DNA of 64,000 nt from an uncultured Verrucomicrobiae bacterium (GCA_963702845.1 OY969763.1:2272001-2336000); one strand, 5' to 3'. Positions 48,725 to 59,769 are shown, counted from the stretch's first letter. Notes: a model not told the origin generated them from the sequence alone. Translations and numbers: made by a program.

Positions 48725-49747
48725 ATGAAGAAATACAATGTCGGGATTATCGGCTATGGCTGGGTCGCGACCGCCCACATCGCCGCCATCAATGCCAGCC
48801 CATACGCCCAGGTCACCGCCGTCTATTCCTCGCGCAAGCTCGATAATGCCGAACTCAGTGCCAAACACGGCAGCGACATTACTACTTACACCGATGTCAA
48901 AGAGATGCTGAAGCATCCCGGCATTAACGTCGTTTCTATTTGCAGTTATCCTTACCAGCACACCGGACATGCTGTTGCCGCCGCCCAGGCAGGCAAACAC
49001 ATCATTCTCGAAAAACCGTTGGCTCTTTCCTGGAAGGATTGCCAAAAAATCGAAGCCGCCGTCAAAAAAGCCAAGGTCAAAACCTGCGTCTGCTTTGAAT
49101 GCCGTTACTCCAACCAATTCCAGGCAACGAAAGCCGTCATTGACCAGGGCCTCCTTGGTGATCTTCACTATGGCGAGATCGATTATTATCATGGCATTGG
49201 ACCGTGGTATGGCCAATTTCGCTGGAACACCCGCAAGGACGCTGGCGGCAGCTCGCTTCTCACCGCCGGCTGCCACGCCCTGGATGCGCTCTTGATGTGC
49301 ATGGGCTCAGACGTCACCGAAGTCACCAGCTACGATACCAAATCGAAAAGTAAAATCTTCGAGGCGTACGAATACACGACCTCAAGTGTCACAATTCTCA
49401 AATTCAAGGGTGGCCGAATCGGCAAATGCGCCGCTATCGTCGATTGCCTGCAACCATATTATTTCCACACACACCTCGTCGGAAGCGAAGGAAGTTTATT
49501 AGACAACAAGTTTCACTCCATGAAACTGCACACCAATAAACACGCCTGGAGTAACCTTGCCATGAAGATGCTCGACTCTGGCGATGTTTCCGATCATCCG
49601 TACCAGGCTCAGTTCGACAAGTTTTTCGAATCCATCAATGCCGGAGTTGACATGCCGCTCACAAGTTTGAAAGACGCGATGCGTTCCCATGAAGTTATCT
49701 TCGCCGCTGACAAATCCGCCGCCACCGGAAAATCCGTCCGATTGTGA
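48725..49747 (+). CDS. Gfo/Idh/MocA oxidoreductase
   Basis: GIIGYGWVA, AGKHIILEKP, GCHALD. Confidence 0.9.
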   Translation: MKKYNVGIIGYGWVATAHIAAINASPYAQVTAVYSSRKLDNAELSAKHGSDITTYTDVKEMLKHPGINVVSICSYPYQHTGHAVAAAQAGKHIILEKPLALSWKDCQKIEAAVKKAKVKTCVCFECRYSNQFQATKAVIDQGLLGDLHYGEIDYYHGIGPWYGQFRWNTRKDAGGSSLLTAGCHALDALLMCMGSDVTEVTSYDTKSKSKIFEAYEYTTSSVTILKFKGGRIGKCAAIVDCLQPYYFHTHLVGSEGSLLDNKFHSMKLHTNKHAWSNLAMKMLDSGDVSDHPYQAQFDKFFESINAGVDMPLTSLKDAMRSHEVIFAADKSAATGKSVRL

Positions 49748-50535
49748 GTAAGACAGCAATCGCCATCGGCGCCCACCCCGACGACATCGAGTTCATGATG
49801 GCGGGGACGTTGCTCCTGCTCAAAAAAGCAGGATACGAGATCCATTACATGAACCTCGCCAACGGAAGTTGCGGCAGCGTTCAATACGGCCCAGCGCAGT
49901 TAAAAAAGATGCGCCTCGGGGAAGCCAAAGCGGCCGCAAGAATTCTCGGGGCACACTTTCACGCACCGCTCGTCAACGATTTGGAAGTCTTCTACGATCT
50001 GAAAACCTTACGTCGCCTCGCCGCCGTCATTCGCGATGTCAAACCGTCAGTCGTCCTCACGCACTCGCCTGCCGACTACATGGAAGACCACACCAACACC
50101 TGTCGGCTCGCGGTCAGCGCTGCTTTTACTCATGGAATGCCCAACTTCCATTCCACCCCGGATCGCCCAACCGCCGATTACGAGGTCACTGTTTATCACG
50201 GTTTGCCGCACAGTCTGACCGACGGCCTGCGCAAAAAACTTATTCCCGGCATTTTCATCAACACCGCCAGTGTTCACGCGACAAAACTGGAATCCTTGCG
50301 AGCGCACAAAAGCCAACAACACTGGCTCGACGCGAGTCAGAAGATGAATTCGTATCTGCAAACCTTGGAAGATATCTCTCTGGAAATCGGCCGGCGCTCT
50401 AAAAAATTCAAACACGCCGAAGGCTGGCGGCGCCATTTGCATTACGGCTTCTGCGCCCCCGACGCCGACCCGTTGCGCGGCCTCGGTTCAAATTACCTTC
50501 TCAACGCCAAATACGAAAAGAGTCTGGAACTTTGA
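49744..50535 (+). CDS. PIG-L/LmbE family deacetylase
   Basis: AHPDDIE, DYMEDH, HKSQ. Confidence 0.9.
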   Translation: MSKTAIAIGAHPDDIEFMMAGTLLLLKKAGYEIHYMNLANGSCGSVQYGPAQLKKMRLGEAKAAARILGAHFHAPLVNDLEVFYDLKTLRRLAAVIRDVKPSVVLTHSPADYMEDHTNTCRLAVSAAFTHGMPNFHSTPDRPTADYEVTVYHGLPHSLTDGLRKKLIPGIFINTASVHATKLESLRAHKSQQHWLDASQKMNSYLQTLEDISLEIGRRSKKFKHAEGWRRHLHYGFCAPDADPLRGLGSNYLLNAKYEKSLEL

Positions 50536-50560
50536 AATTCTAGCTTCTAACTTCTATCTT

Positions 50561-51490
50561 ATGCCCAGAAAAATCAGCTCCATCGCTCCGGCCTGGTGGG
50601 ATTACACCACCCTCGACGACGCCATCATCAAAGAAGCCGCACGCCTCACGCCTGAAAAAATGCTCAAGCTTTCGCGGCCCGGCTTTAAAGTCGTATTCTA
50701 CGATACGCTCGAAGATTTTTACCTCGCCGAAGCGCTTGAATATATCAGTGCCTGGAAACAATCCACACCCGACAATCCGGTCGGAATTTGTGGTCCGATC
50801 GGCCCGACCGAACAACTCCCGCTTGTGGCACGAATCGTCAACGACCTCGGCCTGTCTATCAAATCCGCGCATTTCTGGGGCATGGACGAATGGTGTCTTA
50901 ACGGCAAAGAAGCCGCGCCGACTCATCCGCTGTCATTCGAAAAAGCCGACCGCGAAATGTGCTTCAGTCGAATCCGTCGCGACCTCGTCATGTCGGACAA
51001 AAATTTGCATTTCCCAAAAGCCAACAGCAAAGATTACCGTGCCAGTTGGGACAACGTTCGTTGCGCCGTCATGCAAGGTGGCCAGGGCGACATCAAACAC
51101 TGGGCCTTCAATGATCCACCGAAGCGCGAGGGCAAATTCAAAAATCAACCGCCCAGCCCTGGCGAATACCGCAAACTAACCACGCGGGTGGTTGACCTCC
51201 ATCCGATCACTATCGCGCAAAACGCGCGCACCTCCGGCGGCGGTAACATCACACTCGTGCCGACCCAGGCGATCACCGTCGGTCCTGACGAAACCTGGAA
51301 AGCCGAAAAAGTTTCCATCTGGCACGCCGGCAAACACGACAACCCTTTCGGCCAACGCCTTACGACGTTGATGATCGCGAAGCGAATTCCAGACTCAAGT
51401 GTCCCAATGTCGCTGCTCGCCGATCATCCGAACGTCCAGTTCAATTTTTACCGCCCGGGCATCGGCACCTGCGACGTCGAGATGCATTAA
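50561..51490 (+). CDS. Divergent glucosamine-6-phosphate isomerase/deaminase (NagB-like)
   Basis: [45 protein letters not shown]. Confidence 0.75.
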   Translation: MPRKISSIAPAWWDYTTLDDAIIKEAARLTPEKMLKLSRPGFKVVFYDTLEDFYLAEALEYISAWKQSTPDNPVGICGPIGPTEQLPLVARIVNDLGLSIKSAHFWGMDEWCLNGKEAAPTHPLSFEKADREMCFSRIRRDLVMSDKNLHFPKANSKDYRASWDNVRCAVMQGGQGDIKHWAFNDPPKREGKFKNQPPSPGEYRKLTTRVVDLHPITIAQNARTSGGGNITLVPTQAITVGPDETWKAEKVSIWHAGKHDNPFGQRLTTLMIAKRIPDSSVPMSLLADHPNVQFNFYRPGIGTCDVEMH

Positions 51491-51557
51491 GCTAAGACGC
51501 ACCGCTTTAACTTGGCTGTAGAGTCTTGCGTGATTACAATCACGTGAAACTCAACCC

Positions 51558-52661
51558 GTGCGCTACTCCCCCCAACTCGACGGCCTTCGGGGCACCGCAA
51601 TTTTGTGCGTGCTCACTGGCCATCTTTTCGAGTCACACTTTCGCGGCGCGTGGGTCGGTGTTGACATATTTTTCGTCCTGAGCGGATTCCTCATCACCAA
51701 CATCCTTGTTGCCGAACACGAATCCACCGGCACGATTTCGCTGAAGAATTTCTACGGTCGGCGCGCACTTCGCCTGCTCCCTGCCCTCATTATCGGCATC
51801 ATCTTAACAGGTCTGCTGAGCCTTGTGGGCGCAACGCCCTTCCACACGGTAAACGCGTTTGCGAGTGCCGCCATTCCTTCGCTGTTTTACTACTCAAACT
51901 TCAGCAACGCTGACATGGGGACCTTCATTCATACGTGGTCGCTTTCGGTTGAAGAACAATTCTATTTGATATGGCCAATCATCGTTGGCGTGGTGTTGCT
52001 CAAATTGAAACCGCGCAATCGCATCGCTCTCATCATCATTTTAATGGTCGCGTTCGCCGCGATTCGCTTTGACCTCGAATTCCAACGTATCCGCTGGTGG
52101 AATCTCTACACCTGGTTCTACACCCGTGCCGACGTCCTCATGGCCGGCGCACTCGTCGCCTGCACCACAGCCGCATGGCCGGAAAAAATCAATTCCGCGC
52201 TGCGCAGATTCAAACCGTTCGCGCTCGTCGCAATACCATTCGTCGCTTACGTCTTTTACTCCACCTTCGCCGATCACCGCTGGCTTTATCGTTGGGGCCT
52301 GAGTGCCGTTGCGCTCTCCTGCGCGATTATTACCTTCGTCGCGCAATTCGACAGCAGCGGTTTACTCGCGCGGATCCTGCGCAGCAAATTCCTGGTCTGG
52401 TTCGGTAAACATTCCTACGGCATCTACGTCTACCATATGCAAATTTTCTGGATGTTCCGGCACGTCATCATTTTCCCGGAGACAAAACTCGGCCTTATCG
52501 CCGCAACCCTCACTAAAGTCACCGTCGCATTAACCTTAAGCTGGGCTTCGTATCGCTGGATCGAATCCCCACTCCTGCGTCTGAAAGACAAGTGGTTCGC
52601 GATGAAGCCGGCGCCAGCTCGGCTACACCCCACGCCCGCTGCAGTAGTGCCTAACTTCTAG
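51558..52661 (+). CDS. Acyltransferase family 3 (OafA-like)
   Basis: LDGLRG, GVDIFFVLSGF, FYGRRALRLLP, HTWSLSVEEQFY, SYGIYVYH. Confidence 0.92.
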   Translation: MRYSPQLDGLRGTAILCVLTGHLFESHFRGAWVGVDIFFVLSGFLITNILVAEHESTGTISLKNFYGRRALRLLPALIIGIILTGLLSLVGATPFHTVNAFASAAIPSLFYYSNFSNADMGTFIHTWSLSVEEQFYLIWPIIVGVVLLKLKPRNRIALIIILMVAFAAIRFDLEFQRIRWWNLYTWFYTRADVLMAGALVACTTAAWPEKINSALRRFKPFALVAIPFVAYVFYSTFADHRWLYRWGLSAVALSCAIITFVAQFDSSGLLARILRSKFLVWFGKHSYGIYVYHMQIFWMFRHVIIFPETKLGLIAATLTKVTVALTLSWASYRWIESPLLRLKDKWFAMKPAPARLHPTPAAVVPNF

Positions 52662-53371
52662 CTCCTGCGTTTCCGCGCCAGCACCTGATACTGGGCTCCT
52701 ATTGGCAGCCGCGACAGCGTCGGTTCCAAACCACGAAACCAACTCAGCGCACGTGGAAAAACAAAAAGGAAATCCGTTCGCAAAATCTCAAATCCACCCG
52801 CACGCAACAACCCCCGCGCTTCTGGCGCACTCGCCATGATTGCATCGCGATCAAACGGAATCCGGCTCATCACATAACGCGTGCCGGGGTTCCACGGATT
52901 ATTTTCCCAAAATGCAAAATACCCACCGGGCCGCACCGCGTCATAGATGCACTCAACTGCACCCGCACGTTCGTAGGGCGGAATGTGATGAAACACCCCG
53001 TTGCAAAACGCCAAATCAAAACTCGCCTTGGGCTTAAATTCCCGCAGCACTTCAAAACTCACCGCGTTCGATCCAAACCGCTTCTCCGCTAGCGCAACCG
53101 ACTGCTCCGAAATATCCACGCCAGTGATTGCGCCAGGTTTCAGGACCTCGCACAAATGCGGCGTAGCCGAACCCGTCCCGCACCCAAAATCCAAAACACT
53201 CCGCGCCTCAAACGAAACACTCTTCAGACACCGCGCCAACCACTCCACCCGACCACGCGCAAAAAAATCCTTATCCTCACCCGACACCGAGATACCTTGC
53301 GCCAAAGCCTCATCATAGTTCTTCGCATAGCGATCGAACTCGTTCCTGGCGGATGGAGGTGTTTCTGGCAC
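52658..53371 (-). CDS. Class I SAM-dependent methyltransferase
   Basis: VLDFGCGTG, GVDIS, VFHHI, RPGG; probable GTG start at 53371. Confidence 0.88.
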   Translation of the reverse strand: MPETPPSARNEFDRYAKNYDEALAQGISVSGEDKDFFARGRVEWLARCLKSVSFEARSVLDFGCGTGSATPHLCEVLKPGAITGVDISEQSVALAEKRFGSNAVSFEVLREFKPKASFDLAFCNGVFHHIPPYERAGAVECIYDAVRPGGYFAFWENNPWNPGTRYVMSRIPFDRDAIMASAPEARGLLRAGGFEILRTDFLFVFPRALSWFRGLEPTLSRLPIGAQYQVLARKRRS

Positions 53372-53450
53372 GCCCGAATGGTAGCACGCGTCGAAATACT
53401 TGCAGCACGAAACAAACTCCAACCCTCGAATTCGCTTTTTTCGGTTTCTC

Positions 53451-53473
53451 TGGAGTTTGGAGTTTGGAGTTTT
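53451..53473. repeat. Heptamer tandem (TGGAGTT)x3
   Basis: tggagtttggagtttggagtttt between divergent genes. Confidence 0.7.
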
Positions 53474-53504
53474 CATTTTTTTCCACTATTTCTATCCGCA
53501 CCCA

Positions 53505-54617
53505 ATGCAACGGCGTTTGAAAATCATGCACGTGGTTCTGTCACTCGAACCCGGCGGTATGGAAAACGGCGTCGTCAATGTCGCGCGCGGACTCGGCCAA
53601 AACGAATTCGAAATTCACGCCGCCTGCCTCGAACGCGGGGGATCCTTCGTTGAACGACTACCCGATCCGCAAAATGTTTACATCCTCAACAAACAACCCG
53701 GCTTCTCGTGGCGCACCGTTCTCGCGCTCGCCAAAATCATTTCCAAAGTGAAGCCCGACGTCGTTCACACCCACAACCTCGGCCCGCTTATCTATGCGGG
53801 CCTCGCCACCGCCATGGGCACAACGCGCAATATTCTGCACGGCGAACATGGCTTTCCGCACTCCCAACGCACGCCGAAATCCTTGCGCCAACGCCGGTTT
53901 TTCTATCGCGCCTGTAAAAAAGTTCACGCCGTCTCCGCTGGTCTGCGCGATGAACTCATCCAATTCGGGATGCCCGATTATAAAATCGAAACTATTCTAA
54001 ACGGAGTCGATACCGACCGCTTTGCGCCTTACCTATCCAACTTAGCCCGCCGTGAAATCGGCCTCCCTATCGAAGGCCCAGTCATTGGTATGGTGGGCCG
54101 TTTCGATCCACTCAAGTGCCATTTACCGCTGATCGCTGCTTTCGAAGCCTTGTCGCAAAAACTCCTGACCGATCAACTTCTCATCGTCGGCAAAGGCGGT
54201 GAGATCTACGAACAAATCCTCAACCGCGCGAAAACAAGTCCCGTAGCCAACCGCATCCACCTCGTCGGCTTCCAACCCGAACCCAGGCGCTACTACCAAT
54301 CGATGGACCTGCTGGTCGTCCCGTCCTTGAGCGAGGGCCTTTCTAATGTTGTTCTTGAAGCGATGTCCTGTGGTGTGCCCGTGCTTGGCCATACTGCCTG
54401 CGGCAATGCCGAAATCATCAGCAGCGGCAATGACGGGATCCTCGCCAATCTTAAAAATCCTCAGGACCTCGCAACCCAAATCGCCGACGCCTTGTCCAAC
54501 CTTCCGCGCCTGAAACAAATTGGTCAGGCCGCCCGTGCCACGGTGTCGAACCGCTTCAGCATGGCGACCATGGTCACCAACTACGCGACTCTGTACCGCA
54601 GCGTCGCAAACGATTGA
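53505..54617 (+). CDS. GT4 glycosyltransferase
   Basis: GGMEN, PDVVHTH, NGVD, VGRF..K, SEGLSNVVLEAM. Confidence 0.9.
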   Translation: MQRRLKIMHVVLSLEPGGMENGVVNVARGLGQNEFEIHAACLERGGSFVERLPDPQNVYILNKQPGFSWRTVLALAKIISKVKPDVVHTHNLGPLIYAGLATAMGTTRNILHGEHGFPHSQRTPKSLRQRRFFYRACKKVHAVSAGLRDELIQFGMPDYKIETILNGVDTDRFAPYLSNLARREIGLPIEGPVIGMVGRFDPLKCHLPLIAAFEALSQKLLTDQLLIVGKGGEIYEQILNRAKTSPVANRIHLVGFQPEPRRYYQSMDLLVVPSLSEGLSNVVLEAMSCGVPVLGHTACGNAEIISSGNDGILANLKNPQDLATQIADALSNLPRLKQIGQAARATVSNRFSMATMVTNYATLYRSVAND

Positions 54618-54746
54618 GCGCCGATCGTTGCCAAAACGAAATACCGAAAGGCTGATTCACCATCCAAATCCTCTTGTGGGATTGGCAAACGTTGGTTAAA
54701 TACAGGTAGCCGATTTCAACCGGAAACATTTCAAAAGAACAGTTTT

Positions 54747-55382
54747 ATGGCATTACGTTTAGGCGATACCGCACCGAATTTCACCGCCGATACCACGGAA
54801 GGTAAGATCGATTTTCACCAATGGCTCGGCAATAGCTGGGGCATTTTGTTTTCCCACCCCAAAGATTACACTCCGGTTTGCACAACCGAACTTGGTGCGG
54901 TGGCGAAGATGAAAAAGGAATTCGACAAACGCAACGTCAAAACGATCGCCGTTAGTGTTGATCCGATTGACTCGCATCATGGCTGGATCTGCGACATCAA
55001 CCAGACGCAAAACACGCAGATGAATTACCCGATCATCGCCGATCCAGACCGCAAAGTCGCCGGACTGTACGACATGATTCATCCGAATGCCGATGACACA
55101 TTCACCGTGCGTTCGGTGTTCATTATTGGACCGGACAAGAAGGTTAAGCTGACCTTGACCTATCCCGCTTCGACAGGCCGCAATTTCGCTGAGCTATTGC
55201 GCGTGATTGACTCACTGCAATTGACCGCGAATCACAAGGTGGCAACTCCTGCCAACTGGCAGCACGGTGAAGACTGCATTATTTCCCCTGCGGTGAAGGA
55301 TGCAGAAATTCCAGCGTTATTCCCGAAAGGTGCACGGCACGTGAAGCCTTATCTTCGCTACACCCCGCAACCAAACACCTAG
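54747..55382 (+). CDS. 1-Cys peroxiredoxin (Prx6)
   Basis: FSHPKDYTPVCTTE, YPASTGRNF, VATPANW. Confidence 0.95.
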   Translation: MALRLGDTAPNFTADTTEGKIDFHQWLGNSWGILFSHPKDYTPVCTTELGAVAKMKKEFDKRNVKTIAVSVDPIDSHHGWICDINQTQNTQMNYPIIADPDRKVAGLYDMIHPNADDTFTVRSVFIIGPDKKVKLTLTYPASTGRNFAELLRVIDSLQLTANHKVATPANWQHGEDCIISPAVKDAEIPALFPKGARHVKPYLRYTPQPNT

Positions 55383-55526
55383 ACCGCCGCACCCAAATTT
55401 ACTTCTACGTCGGGTGTTAGTGCGAATCCCGAGGCGCCGTTGCATAGTGTCAAATAGGCATATTGCGCAGGAGCATGCACAGGATTCGCTCGTTGTTAAT
55501 AACGCGAAGTCGTCTATCTTCGCGGC

Positions 55527-55985
55527 ATGGACGACCGGGCATTCATTTTGGTGGGTGAGGACCAACCCGATGACGCGTTCCTTTTTGAACACACATTCGC
55601 CGGGCTCGGCATCGTCGACTACTACATCGCCGCAACCGGCGCGGAAATGATTTCTTATCTTGAGGGAAGCGGTCCGTTTTCAGATCGACACACCTTCCCG
55701 GTCCCAGATTGCGTGTTGCTTGATTTAAAAATGCCGCAAGTTGACGGCTTTGAAATTCTGGAATGGATGCGTCATCACGAAGATTATCGGCTGGTCCCGA
55801 CTGTCGTCTTTGCCTCATCCGATGATCCTGCTGACATCCGGCGCGCTTACGAATTAGGCGCCAATAGTTATTTCACCAAATGTCAACAGCTCCAAGACAT
55901 GATCCGCAAGCTCTCGTTGATCGAGGAGTATTGGAGCGAGGCGAGATATCCCAGGCTGAATCGTGCGGGCAAGGTCGTCGCGTAA
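55527..55985 (+). CDS. Single-domain response regulator (Rcp1-like)
   Basis: LLDLKMPQVDG, AYELGANSYFTK. Confidence 0.88.
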   Translation: MDDRAFILVGEDQPDDAFLFEHTFAGLGIVDYYIAATGAEMISYLEGSGPFSDRHTFPVPDCVLLDLKMPQVDGFEILEWMRHHEDYRLVPTVVFASSDDPADIRRAYELGANSYFTKCQQLQDMIRKLSLIEEYWSEARYPRLNRAGKVVA

Positions 55986-55999
55986 AATGGCGTAGCGAC

Positions 56000-56446
56000 T
56001 CAGTTCCAGATGCGCAGTGCGTGTTTAATCTTATCGAGGTCGCCGGGTCGCTGCGGTTTAGAAATGAAACAGTAAGCGCCGAGTTCGTACGTTTCGGCGA
56101 TTAAACGAAAATCCTGCGAACCAGTGACAATAATTACCGGTGCCTCGGTATGACCTGCCTGTTTTAGCCATTGCATAACTTCAACACCGCCCATTACCGG
56201 CATCTTTAAATCGAGAATGATCAGAGCTGGGTAGGTGGTGCTGCCGAATTTGCCGATACATGGATCGCTCAGTCGGTCAATCAGCATTTGACCGCTTCCG
56301 AGGATGTTGATTGGGTTTAGCAGCTGCCACGATCCGAGCGTCTCGCTCAACATCGTCGCGAAAGCGGAATCGTCATCGACGATCAAAATAGGTCCCCTGC
56401 TATGGACAGAGCCAGTCCCACTGTCGTTGTTCGGCGGATGGGGCAT
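56000..56446 (-). CDS. Single-domain response regulator
   Basis: LIVDDD, ILDLKMP, VTGS, FISKP. Confidence 0.88.
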   Translation of the reverse strand: MPHPPNNDSGTGSVHSRGPILIVDDDSAFATMLSETLGSWQLLNPINILGSGQMLIDRLSDPCIGKFGSTTYPALIILDLKMPVMGGVEVMQWLKQAGHTEAPVIIVTGSQDFRLIAETYELGAYCFISKPQRPGDLDKIKHALRIWN

Positions 56447-56497
56447 GCCTTTTTTTATACAACCCGGTGGCCGCTGACAAATGAATTCTTTTTAACT

Positions 56498-56944
56498 TTA
56501 AAGTTTTTCGACGGCGTTCGACTTTTCCAGCAGGCCGTTGAGCTTCTTTGCGTCGCCGAACAGCGTGATCGCGCCACAACGCCGGCACATGTAAGCGGTG
56601 CTCGCAATGTTACTGGCTTTGAGCGTCCAAAACTTCGTCTTCTTCGGTTGGAAATAATTCAAGCCGGTCGAGGAATAAATTCCATCAACTATTTCGTTGC
56701 TGTGACAAATCGGGCAATTATTTCTACTCTCTTCAACGCTACGTTCGCTATGGAACACCTGCATGACAGCGTCCAAATCTTCTCGCCAAAAACGCGTTGA
56801 GTCGCCGACTTTGCGGAACGTAATTTTTTTCTCACGCATCCAGCGGTAGAGCGTCGGTTCGGTCACCTCAAGGTAAGCAGCGGCTTCTTGGATGGAAAAC
56901 CAACGGGGCTGGGAGGCTCCGGAAGATGAATGTTCGTCGCTCAT
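56498..56944 (-). CDS. Excisionase/BldC-type HTH fused to a Zn-ribbon
   Basis: FSIQEAAAYLEVTEPTLYRW...RF; CPIC...CRRCG. Confidence 0.8.
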   Translation of the reverse strand: MSDEHSSSGASQPRWFSIQEAAAYLEVTEPTLYRWMREKKITFRKVGDSTRFWREDLDAVMQVFHSERSVEESRNNCPICHSNEIVDGIYSSTGLNYFQPKKTKFWTLKASNIASTAYMCRRCGAITLFGDAKKLNGLLEKSNAVEKL

Positions 56945-57008
56945 AGGCTGAATAGCTCCTAACACTAAAAACAACTCAGTGCAAGTTTATGCTTGTCAAA
57001 CACGGAGG

Positions 57009-57038
57009 AATGATAGTAAATGATAGTCAATGAAAGGA
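57009..57038 (+). promoter_or_regulatory. Three 10-bp direct repeats in the divergent promoter region
   Basis: AATGATAGTA AATGATAGTC AATGAAAGGA. Confidence 0.55.
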
Positions 57039-57048
57039 GATAGCAACC

Positions 57049-58728
57049 ATGCAAAACCCGGAACCTATTCCACCACTCGTTGATCAAGTCCCTGATCGGT
57101 CCAAGACCGATTTCGCGCGGATTGTTCGTTACCTACTTGCGGGCAATCCGTTTTTTGTTTTGAGTGCCGTCCCTTTACTCTACGCCATGCGTCGACTCTC
57201 ATTCGATGCGCGTTTGTTTTCCACGGAGTTATCACAACTCATTTTTAATTTCAGTTCCTTTCAAGTTTACGAAGTCGTCCTTATCGGCACTGCCATCCTT
57301 CTTGCCCGCCGTAAAATCTGGTACGATTCCACCCTGCTCGTTTTCATAGAAAGCATGTTCGCTTTCGTGCCGTTGATGTTGGTCAGTCAGGCGCTTCTCG
57401 TCGAAAATCCCATTGCGTCAATCCTCTGCCTGACTGGTGCGGCACTATTTGTATTCCGAACAGGAGCGCTCACCCGGTCCATCCGCCCGTTGAACTTTCC
57501 ACCACGACTTTTGATCGTGGCCGGAGTTCTGTTGCTGGTGAATGTCGGTGCTCCAGTGCTAACCCGCCATTTACATCGCGAACTGACATCGGCGAAATGG
57601 GACGATATCGCAATGCGATTGGCGAACGTCGAATGGTTCGTAGTTGCACCGGCGCTCGTCCTATTTGCGCTCTTGCTGCCTCGTCGATCGAAAGATTCGC
57701 CAGCGTATTTTTCGCGAACGGAATTTCCGTTACTCACGCTGCTGATTTGGACCGCGGGCACAGCGGTACACTTCTACTGCATCAATTACGTCTATGCTCT
57801 TCCGCGTGGTGAACTGCGTTTTTCGTTAACAATTCCAACCATATGGACTGCGTGCTGGGTGTTCTGGGCGCGCGCGGCAGATGTGAAATGGTCTTCTGAA
57901 AAGGTTGTCGAATTTTATGAACGCGCCTTGCTGGTAGCGTCCACTGTTGCGTTGCTCGTTCCGGCTATGTCTGGCGATCGCGGAATTCTCCTAACGTTAG
58001 GGGCGATGAACGTCGCGCTGTTCTCCGTCCTCAGCTTCAAATCGAAAAATTGGTTCAATCTCCTCTTACTCGCTGTCAGCGGCGCAGCGACGTTTTCAGC
58101 GGTGCGTTTTGGCGCGATAACTTCACCCGTGTCGGGCAGCGAAATACACATCGGGCAGACCTTGTTTGTTGCGATTGGCGCGTTTCTGCTATTGCGTGCG
58201 GCCGTCTCGCGCGATCCGCGTTATGGATTCCTCGGCGCCCTGATTGCAACGGCGGCAACCGCGTTCTTTTATCATCGGTTCGAAAATATCTTCGATTTTG
58301 CGCAAGTCGGCCTGACGTTCGTCGTCCTGCATAGCATCCGTTGGAACGATAAATTAGACCCGCACTCAAAGCAGGCGCGTGTTTTGGTTGTGCTCGCTTG
58401 GTTGGGGAACTGCTTTGGCTGGCTCGCCTGCGATGGCAGCACGTCATTCTGGGGTGTCTTCGTTTCAGGCGTTATCGTGTTTGTTGCCGGTCTGGCGATG
58501 CGTTGGATATGCGGATATTGGGCGCATCGACTCATCCCATTCGCGGCGCTAACAGCAATGGTAATGCCGCCGGGATTTAAAGCTGCGGAGATGCTAATGC
58601 GTGCGCCAGTTGGACTTATGATTCTTTTGGCCAGCTTTGTGCTGTTCGCAATCGGAATAATGACAGCATTAACGCGCTCCCGGTGGCTGGCGCAAGCCGC
58701 TAACCGTCGAGCTGTACAAAACTTATGA
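57049..58728 (+). CDS. Polytopic membrane protein of unknown function
   Basis: 559 aa with many hydrophobic segments; AGGAG RBS; overlaps the MoxR start. Confidence 0.75.
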   Translation: MQNPEPIPPLVDQVPDRSKTDFARIVRYLLAGNPFFVLSAVPLLYAMRRLSFDARLFSTELSQLIFNFSSFQVYEVVLIGTAILLARRKIWYDSTLLVFIESMFAFVPLMLVSQALLVENPIASILCLTGAALFVFRTGALTRSIRPLNFPPRLLIVAGVLLLVNVGAPVLTRHLHRELTSAKWDDIAMRLANVEWFVVAPALVLFALLLPRRSKDSPAYFSRTEFPLLTLLIWTAGTAVHFYCINYVYALPRGELRFSLTIPTIWTACWVFWARAADVKWSSEKVVEFYERALLVASTVALLVPAMSGDRGILLTLGAMNVALFSVLSFKSKNWFNLLLLAVSGAATFSAVRFGAITSPVSGSEIHIGQTLFVAIGAFLLLRAAVSRDPRYGFLGALIATAATAFFYHRFENIFDFAQVGLTFVVLHSIRWNDKLDPHSKQARVLVVLAWLGNCFGWLACDGSTSFWGVFVSGVIVFVAGLAMRWICGYWAHRLIPFAALTAMVMPPGFKAAEMLMRAPVGLMILLASFVLFAIGIMTALTRSRWLAQAANRRAVQNL

Positions 58729-59765
58729 TTGCACAACCTCTTGAGCACGAGGGTAAACGGGTTTTCCTCGACGAACCCGCTCCGTCTGCGGCACAGTTAG
58801 GTGCTGCGCCAAACATAATGCAATCAAGCGAGTCAAATCCACGGGATACGTATCACAAAATCGCAGCCACGGTCCAACAGGTGATGCGTGGGCACAAAAA
58901 TCCCGTGCGACATCTCCTGGCCGCACTGGCCAGCGGTGGCCATGTCCTTTTGGAAGATTATCCAGGCACGGGAAAAACGACTTTGGCTAAAGCTCTCGCT
59001 CGTGCGGTTGACGCCGACTTCAAACGCATTCAATTCACGCCCGACTTGTTGCCTTCCGATATTTTAGGTGTTTCGGTTTTCAATCAACGTTCGCAGAACT
59101 TTTCGTTTCACGAAGGCCCGGTCTTCACCAACATCCTACTGGCTGACGAAATTAACCGCGCTTCGCCGCGCACCCAATCGGCGTTGCTCGAAGCCATGGG
59201 CGAAAGTCAGGTCAGCGTTGAAGGCATGCGCCGCAGTTTGCCACAATTGTTCTTCGTTATCGCCACGCAAAACCCGATTGAATTTCGCGGCACGTATCCG
59301 CTGCCCGAGGCGCAGATGGATCGCTTTGCGATGCAATTCAGTTTGGGTTACGTAAGTGCTGAAGACGAAGTCGCGGTGTTGAGCGCACAATTGCACAATC
59401 ACCCGCTCGACAGCATCGAGCCCTGCGTGCGCCTCGACGACATGATGCAGTTGCGCCAGGCAGTGCAACGTGTTCGCGTGAGCGAAGAACTGAAGCATTA
59501 CATTGTTAAACTTGTCACCAGCACGCGCACCGCACCGGGGGTCCAACTTGGCGCCAGCGCACGCGCGTCCATCGCCTTAATGAAAATCGCCCAGGCACTC
59601 GCGTTGTTCGACAACGAAGAATTTGTCAGTCCCGAGCACATCCACGAAATTGCAGCGCAGGTCATCGCCCATCGCCTCGTGCTCGATCCACAAGCAAAGT
59701 TTTCCGGAGCAAGCGCGCGTCAGGTCGTCGAGGATGTTTTAAAACGCGTGCCGGTTCCGGCGTAA
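58725..59765 (+). CDS. MoxR family AAA+ ATPase
   Basis: HVLLEDYPGTGKT, RIQFTPDLLPSD, LADEINRA, ATQNP, LPEAQMDRF. Confidence 0.95.
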   Translation: MIAQPLEHEGKRVFLDEPAPSAAQLGAAPNIMQSSESNPRDTYHKIAATVQQVMRGHKNPVRHLLAALASGGHVLLEDYPGTGKTTLAKALARAVDADFKRIQFTPDLLPSDILGVSVFNQRSQNFSFHEGPVFTNILLADEINRASPRTQSALLEAMGESQVSVEGMRRSLPQLFFVIATQNPIEFRGTYPLPEAQMDRFAMQFSLGYVSAEDEVAVLSAQLHNHPLDSIEPCVRLDDMMQLRQAVQRVRVSEELKHYIVKLVTSTRTAPGVQLGASARASIALMKIAQALALFDNEEFVSPEHIHEIAAQVIAHRLVLDPQAKFSGASARQVVEDVLKRVPVPA

Positions 59766-59769
59766 TCCA

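Noticed and set aside
56498..56944. Excisionase marking a mobile element
   Set aside because: No integrase or att sites nearby; context fits a regulator
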